From Candidatus Pacearchaeota archaeon (GTDB taxonomy: Archaea > Nanobdellota > Nanobdellia > Pacearchaeales > GW2011-AR1), in the NCBI GenBank assembly GCA_018303825.1, contig JAGVXK010000006.1:1-10511 (forward strand): DNA of 10,511 nt. The letters are read 5' to 3'. Positions 4,779 through 10,511 of this stretch are shown here, one piece after another. A program made the position numbers and the translations under genes. Below the pieces are notes generated by a model that was given only the letters and a program-made list of their open reading frames with translations, did not search any database and was not told where the DNA came from. How positions within the stretch are numbered: the stretch's first letter is position 1; the number at the start of each line of letters is the position of its first letter.

Positions 4779-7700
4779 TTATTTATCATGACCAATCTTT
4801 TCCAGATTTTCAATTATTTTTTCATTTATTATTAAAATATCTTTTAAAGATGTTACATGTTCGTGTTTGACAAGAATATTTTTAGCCTTGACGTTTTTGA
4901 TTATCTTCTTATCTAATGAGATAATCCAACCATATATCTTATTCCCTTTCAGCATGACTTCCTTAATCTTTCCGATTTTAATTCCTGCCGAACTATAAAC
5001 TTTCATTCCAATTGTATCATTTAATCTATCAGAATTTCTTAATTTCATATGTGAAAATCGTCCGAATAATTCTTTTATTTTTTGGGTTATTTTTATTCGA
5101 AATACTGGTTTTTGAGTCCTATTTCTTGCAGAGTAACTGCTGTATTTTCTATAGTATGATAATATCTGATGGACTGATAATAAAACAAATATTGCCGCTA
5201 ATATTATAATCCAGGTCATATTTCCTGATTTTTCGCCGGCAGTACTATTAATTGCAAAACCAGAGATGTTTACATTTGCCTTAGACGTTGCGGCAAACAG
5301 CCAAATTAATCCTGCAGAACATAGACCAGTTATGCCCAATTCCACTGTTCTGCTGACCGGCATTTTGCCCCCTTCTTTCATATCAATTCTTCCCATTTTT
5401 CGTGATATGATATAAACAACCAATATTATTAAAATAACAATTATAATCATAAAGAGCAGGACAAAGTTAAATTTAGTAAAACTTTCTATTGATTGTTTGC
5501 CGCTTACTTCGAAGCTGGCCCGAGCTTCTGCTGTCTGATTGCCATAGTTTGCTTTAGTATATATGTAATATACCCCGTCCTCCATTTCTTTTGGCAGGAT
5601 AATTCTTTTCACTTGCTGAATTTTTGTATAAACTGCCACTGTTTCACCAACCTCTTTAGTTATCTTATTTCCATCTCCATCTTCCACCCAATAATTAAAT
5701 TTAACATCCTTGATTTCATCTGTACCTAAGTTGTAAAAAGTAAGTTCCGCAGTAACCTTCCCTCCAGGTTTCACGATCAATGACTCTTCATATACTTTTA
5801 TTAATATATCCATTATGTTAAATGGCCGGTTTATTATGTTCCCTGTTATTGTTGGGGAACTGGAAGACCCGCCCCCGCCTCCACCACCCCCGCCGCCTGA
5901 ACTTCCTTCGTTTCCAGAAGCAGCAGAAAGAGTTACAGAATCCGACGCAGTTGAATGCGGTTGTCCAGAATTAAGATATTCTGTATCCGCTCTCACTACA
6001 AAAGTTCCTGTAGTGTGCGCGGAAGGAACATTTATTGTAATTGTTTCGCTAATATTTTGGAATGGCTGTGTTTCTTTACTGAAAGATGTTTGAGGTTCTC
6101 CAGTATCTAAAACTCCATCATTATCACTATCTACCCAAATTATTGAAGTGGATTCAGTAGTAGCCTCACCTTCATCTTGAATCATTATATTACACACCAG
6201 ATTCGTCCCCACATTAGAGCTTGTTGGGCAGTCCAAATAAACTTTATATGGTCCACCTGTTGCTATTCTGAATTGTGTTGTTTTTGAATCACTTGTTCCA
6301 TTATATGTTGCAGTCATTTGGGCATAATATGTTCCTGTTGTAGGGCTTGCTTCAATCATCTGTATCCAGCTCCACACACCATTATTATTTGAAAAATCAT
6401 TCTTGTTTGCAGTATACCAAACTGTTAGATAATTTGGTTTCAAGATAGTCATATTAATTGTATCTGGTGCAACACTCCCATTTTTAGTTGCAAATGTAGC
6501 TTCTATTATTGCATTTTCATTTGGATATTTGGGAGATGCTGACACTAAAGAAGAGATTTCAAAATTAGTTGTTGCACCTCCGACAAAGAACGGAACTTTT
6601 AGATTAAGTGTGCTTCCTGTTAGCGTGCAGTTGAAATAATGAACTCCTGTTGATTGAACTTGAGAGATATCCCAATATGAATAAACTCCTCCGTTAGAAA
6701 TTATAGTGGTTGCATTTTCCACAAACGCTCCTGCTTTTTCTATTTGGCATTCTGCTGCAGATAATGTTTTAGCATTCCCAAGCAAATCTTTTGTTAGTAT
6801 CCATAATTCAGCTACACTTCCTTGTTCAGCATAAACACTTGACAGATAATCGACTAAGAAAGCATTAGTAGCATTTCCTTGATAAAACATATTATTCATA
6901 ATAAAAGTTATATTTGATTGCATATTGTTTAATTCGTTCATTACTTGAGTATTGTTTGTCCCTGTTCCATTTGTTATCCACTGCACATCATTAGAGATAT
7001 TGCTTATCGATGCCCGTAAATCAGGTATGTGCGTATTATTTAATACCCAAACCATATTCTGAATTTCTGTCGCATTTCCTAAAATGTTATTAAGTCTCAA
7101 GCACACTTCATTTTGTGAAGAGCAATTAAGATAGTTGATTAATTCTTGTGTGTTATTATAGATGTTCAAGCTTGTAGCATTTATTTCACTGACAAGGGCG
7201 TGTATATTTGCCAAGGTAGTGTTTAACCACCATCCAGAGCATGCCCCATCTTTCAAACAGTTCTCTAAACTTTCAGCAACACTCTGGTTATAGTAAGTAA
7301 GATTTCTAGAAGCATAATTCCATACATATTCTGCAATTTGATTATAATTCACTGTTGCAGTGGCTCCTATGCTCTGAGTGGAGATTAGTGTGAATCCGGT
7401 ATAATTAATTCCAGATATAGGGCAGGATGCACTCACATAAAATACACTTGGCGTATCAGGAGTTGTCCAAGAATAATTATACATTCCTGTTCCAAAGTTA
7501 GTCATCTCTTCATATACAGAGTTTCCATTAGCAAGGTTTCTTATCGTTATCCCCATACTTCCACTACAGTTTATAGAAATTCCTGTCTCAGATTTTACTA
7601 AAACACCAACGCTAGCCGTTGTTAAAACAGAGATTGGTGTGGACGCCAATAATTCAATTGTAGGAGGATATACTCTTCCAGAGGATATGTTTGTAACGGT

Positions 7701-10511
7701 GAATGACAGTATGTTATGTGCTTCTGTATTAGTTCCCAAAGAAGTATCTAATTTGGCACCATAAGTCCCTTCTGGGCTTGTTGAAGGCAATACAAAAGTT
7801 AAATTATACCTTCCAGTAGTTGTTTCTGTAGCTAACCCATTAAGCAGTGCAGTGCCATTTGGGTAGGTTACAGTGGTATTAACTGGAGCACTTATCAGAT
7901 TTCCCCCATTATCTGTTGTTATGGCGGAGATAATAACTGTATTTCCTGGATTGTAGTTAGAACCAACACTGCTATACAGCACTAATCCGCTCGTTCCGGT
8001 AGTTACTCCAGCTAATTCCAGAAGCCCTCCTTGAGCACCCATACGAGCATCATATCCTCCTTCAAATTCAATTGTTTTTCCAGGATCTTTAATACTTCCA
8101 GCAGAGGTATCGTTTCCCATATTTAAATCAATACAGAACGAGTATAAAATTCCATTTGAGGTTGTTAATTCTTCAGATAGATTATTTCTTGCTGTTTGGT
8201 ATTGCATAAAGTCATAAAGCTTTTGCATAGTATAAGCATTTGAAACAGTAAGTCCATTAGTTGCAGACAGGCTTCCCCCATAATAATAAACAGGATCAAT
8301 TTCATAACCGCCCATATTTTGCTTAAAGCTAATCGCTCCTGTCGCATAATTAATAGTATAATTATTTGTGCTTCCTTCAACTAATTTAGTTCCATTTGCA
8401 AACAATGCAAAATATTGGCACTGGTCAATTGGATAATTATCTAATTGTCCTATTGTTGTCCAACCGCTATGCACCTCGTCTCCATATGAAACCTTTGTAG
8501 GAGGAGTGTACTCAAGTTTATCCAATGCCAATACCTGTGCTTCTGAGAGAGATGAATAAATATTTGTAACTAACTGCTTGGTTTCAACAGTTCTGGCTGC
8601 AAATGTCTTTGCTTCTGTTGTAAATGATTTTCCATAGTTTTTTGTTAATACTCTATAAGGATTATAATCTGTAACTGTTTCTTCTACTGTTGATTTCTCA
8701 GCCTGCCAGGTAGGGATATACTTCTCGCTTAGTGTTCCAGAAGAATCTGTAGTTGCAGCAAAATAAATATCTCCAAATATGTTCATTGCCACGATTGTGG
8801 TATTTGCTAATGCTGCTCCAGAGCTGTCGGTTACTGTTGGCAAGAATCCATAAGATTCTTTAACTGCTGTTGTTCCATTCAATAAACTATTTGTTGCATT
8901 AAAATTCCACCCATATTTTCTATCCCACCGAGTATTAACTAAACTTATCCCTCTACCACTGCCACTTGCAACGACATCATAAGTATTGTACCCCAAAATA
9001 GAGTTTTGGACAACTAGCTCTGTGCCGGCAGGAGTTTCGATGCTCGTCATTATAGCCGAGCCGTTTTCCTGCTCTTTGTGATATATCTGAAGATTATTCA
9101 GGGCAGGTAGATTACAGCCAGAAACAATTCCGTAGCCTGCAACAGCAGAGGAGTTAACTCTATTGAATTTGACATCATCAAGCATAACATTGCTAGTATA
9201 GAAGAATTGTCCTCTTGTTGCCCTATCAAAAATTGTTTTCTTTATTGTTATGGATGAATTATCATCTGAGTAGCCTGTTCCAGAACCGCAATTTCCTCTG
9301 TAAATAAAGTTGCCCCAGTTAATTCCGACATCGGTTACATAGGAGTCATAAAGTGCCAATTCTCCTCCAGCAATATCTAATAAAATATCATTTGACTGAT
9401 TTGAAGTGAATTTTAAGCTTACACCTTCTTGAGGAATATCGTTGGATATCCCTCCGAATATCATATGCGCATTTTTATTTACTGTAAGCTCCGGCATATT
9501 TTCAGAAGTAAATGAAACTGATTCCGACTTGCTTTGAACATAAACATCCTGTGTTGTATTCCCAATTACGATTTGAGATAATATAATATAAATTCCAGAT
9601 GCAGGTTTTGCCATTGCGCATGTCCCTCTTACAGCTCTTCCATATTGATAAATATTTTCAAGTGTTATAGGATTCATCGAACTTCCAAAGCTTGAATTTC
9701 CAATTACAGTTATTGTATCAGTAGTTGAATTATAACTCATAGGATAATTCTCTGCATAGCCATAAGTAGTATCCGGAGCACACAAGTTAAGATTAAATTG
9801 CTTCATTGGAGAGAATGAAGAATTATAGGTTCCGTCGTTTGCCATGACCTTCCAATAGTATGTTCCAGATGATAAACCTCTCCAAAGATAAACTGTATCA
9901 GTTACATGGCTAAGGAAAGTACTGCCATCAACAGCATCACCATAAACATAATAACTCATATTTGTTCCAGGAAGAATTGCTGCCATTGTCCAAGCCAAAG
10001 CAACAGGCTCTGCATATATATTAGAATTATTCTCTGGAGATGTCTGAATAGGAATATCAGAAACAGGATTCATATAAAATACTCCTGGATCTGCAGTTTT
10101 ATATGTAGTTTTATCATAATAATTATCTTTTTTAGTGAATAAACTCAAGTTGTACCAACCATATGTAGTTGAGAAACTTGTAATAAGATCGCAAGTATAA
10201 GCATTTGCCCCAACTAATGTCATTCCTTCAGTGCAATTATAAGTGTTTGTACCACTCATATAAAATTGTATTTCCCCTGCTTCAAGTGATGTATTTAATC
10301 CAAGAGAAGTCCCGCAGTCATCATAAGTATCTGCTAAAAATCCAATTATGTCCTCTTGTGTATAATTCCTTCCATTAGTTTCATAATGGCGCTTTGGCGA
10401 AGAAATTGTAGCAGTTATATCTCCTATTATTGTAACATCATAAGTATCTGAAGCAGTTGCCTTATAGCACTGCGAACTTGAAAGAGTTTCAGCTTTCCAA
10501 TCTCTTAATCC
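4779..10511 (-). CDS. Giant membrane-anchored surface glycoprotein with C-terminal PRC-barrel domain (5'-partial, at least 1910 aa)
   Basis: Frame is open from the track's Met (10259) to the window edge, adding 84 codons (GLRDWKAETLSSSQCYKATASDTYD...EAGEIQFY). Fn3-like module about 9790-10055 (TYYWKVMANDG); beta-helix-like about 8925-9600; Ig-like modules; helical stalk about 6885-7226; Gly10 at 5868-5897; TMs at about 5405-5472, 5290-5340 and 5155-5219; PRC-barrel signature IGMKVYSSAGIKIGKIKEVML at about 4800-5024; roughly 45-50 N-x-S/T sequons by manual count. Confidence 0.88.
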   Translation of the reverse strand, partial: GLRDWKAETLSSSQCYKATASDTYDVTIIGDITATISSPKRHYETNGRNYTQEDIIGFLADTYDDCGTSLGLNTSLEAGEIQFYMSGTNTYNCTEGMTLVGANAYTCDLITSFSTTYGWYNLSLFTKKDNYYDKTTYKTADPGVFYMNPVSDIPIQTSPENNSNIYAEPVALAWTMAAILPGTNMSYYVYGDAVDGSTFLSHVTDTVYLWRGLSSGTYYWKVMANDGTYNSSFSPMKQFNLNLCAPDTTYGYAENYPMSYNSTTDTITVIGNSSFGSSMNPITLENIYQYGRAVRGTCAMAKPASGIYIILSQIVIGNTTQDVYVQSKSESVSFTSENMPELTVNKNAHMIFGGISNDIPQEGVSLKFTSNQSNDILLDIAGGELALYDSYVTDVGINWGNFIYRGNCGSGTGYSDDNSSITIKKTIFDRATRGQFFYTSNVMLDDVKFNRVNSSAVAGYGIVSGCNLPALNNLQIYHKEQENGSAIMTSIETPAGTELVVQNSILGYNTYDVVASGSGRGISLVNTRWDRKYGWNFNATNSLLNGTTAVKESYGFLPTVTDSSGAALANTTIVAMNIFGDIYFAATTDSSGTLSEKYIPTWQAEKSTVEETVTDYNPYRVLTKNYGKSFTTEAKTFAARTVETKQLVTNIYSSLSEAQVLALDKLEYTPPTKVSYGDEVHSGWTTIGQLDNYPIDQCQYFALFANGTKLVEGSTNNYTINYATGAISFKQNMGGYEIDPVYYYGGSLSATNGLTVSNAYTMQKLYDFMQYQTARNNLSEELTTSNGILYSFCIDLNMGNDTSAGSIKDPGKTIEFEGGYDARMGAQGGLLELAGVTTGTSGLVLYSSVGSNYNPGNTVIISAITTDNGGNLISAPVNTTVTYPNGTALLNGLATETTTGRYNLTFVLPSTSPEGTYGAKLDTSLGTNTEAHNILSFTVTNISSGRVYPPTIELLASTPISVLTTASVGVLVKSETGISINCSGSMGITIRNLANGNSVYEEMTNFGTGMYNYSWTTPDTPSVFYVSASCPISGINYTGFTLISTQSIGATATVNYNQIAEYVWNYASRNLTYYNQSVAESLENCLKDGACSGWWLNTTLANIHALVSEINATSLNIYNNTQELINYLNCSSQNEVCLRLNNILGNATEIQNMVWVLNNTHIPDLRASISNISNDVQWITNGTGTNNTQVMNELNNMQSNITFIMNNMFYQGNATNAFLVDYLSSVYAEQGSVAELWILTKDLLGNAKTLSAAECQIEKAGAFVENATTIISNGGVYSYWDISQVQSTGVHYFNCTLTGSTLNLKVPFFVGGATTNFEISSLVSASPKYPNENAIIEATFATKNGSVAPDTINMTILKPNYLTVWYTANKNDFSNNNGVWSWIQMIEASPTTGTYYAQMTATYNGTSDSKTTQFRIATGGPYKVYLDCPTSSNVGTNLVCNIMIQDEGEATTESTSIIWVDSDNDGVLDTGEPQTSFSKETQPFQNISETITINVPSAHTTGTFVVRADTEYLNSGQPHSTASDSVTLSAASGNEGSSGGGGGGGGGGSSSSPTITGNIINRPFNIMDILIKVYEESLIVKPGGKVTAELTFYNLGTDEIKDVKFNYWVEDGDGNKITKEVGETVAVYTKIQQVKRIILPKEMEDGVYYIYTKANYGNQTAEARASFEVSGKQSIESFTKFNFVLLFMIIIVILIILVVYIISRKMGRIDMKEGGKMPVSRTVELGITGLCSAGLIWLFAATSKANVNISGFAINSTAGEKSGNMTWIIILAAIFVLLSVHQILSYYRKYSSYSARNRTQKPVFRIKITQKIKELFGRFSHMKLRNSDRLNDTIGMKVYSSAGIKIGKIKEVMLKGNKIYGWIISLDKKIIKNVKAKNILVKHEHVTSLKDILIINEKIIENLEKIGHDK

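Noticed and set aside
5868-5897. Gly10 run as a phase-variable simple sequence repeat
   Set aside because: Codons are mixed (GGC, GGG, GGT, GGA), so it is a protein-level flexible linker rather than a slippage tract.
5012-10142. ORFs 5012..5209, 5493..5729, 5815..6093 (poly-Pro), 8165..8380 and 9906..10142
   Set aside because: All nested in the giant CDS, antisense or out of frame; poly-Pro is the mirror of the Gly10 linker.
10320-10450. 14-bp direct repeat ATCATAAGTATCTG (10320-10333 and 10437-10450)
   Set aside because: Both copies encode DTYD in the same frame; two copies only, so neither a CRISPR array nor a DGR template/variable pair.
1-10511. Mobile element, provirus, CRISPR, DGR, tRNA/rRNA or alternative genetic code
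   Set aside because: No integrase, transposase, reverse transcriptase, capsid or terminase motifs, no repeat-spacer array or cloverleaf seen; ORFs tile well under the standard code.

Overview
AT-rich archaeal window. TATA/BRE promoters with leaderless starts, glycoprotein-type surface proteins and no metabolic genes point to a DPANN genome such as Pacearchaeota/Woesearchaeota (inference). Left: a 673-aa receptor-like membrane protein (signal peptide, Ig-like ectodomain, one TM, cytoplasmic class III nucleotidyl-cyclase-like domain with degenerate catalytic residues). Right: a giant surface glycoprotein of at least 1910 aa whose frame is open to the window edge (Fn3/Ig-like modules, beta-helix, helical stalk, poly-Gly linker, 3 TMs, C-terminal PRC-barrel), followed by a 395-aa coiled-coil protein and a 60-aa Zn-finger protein. 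Between them is a compact divergent unit. A 25-bp palindrome sits between two back-to-back TATA boxes. One box drives a 76-aa ferredoxin-fold-like gene. The other points at an unannotated 29-codon leaderless uORF embedded in a two-hairpin leader in front of a 124-aa Cys-motif protein. No rRNA, tRNA, CRISPR array, transposase or integrase is visible. All family assignments come from reading motifs by eye; no searches were run.
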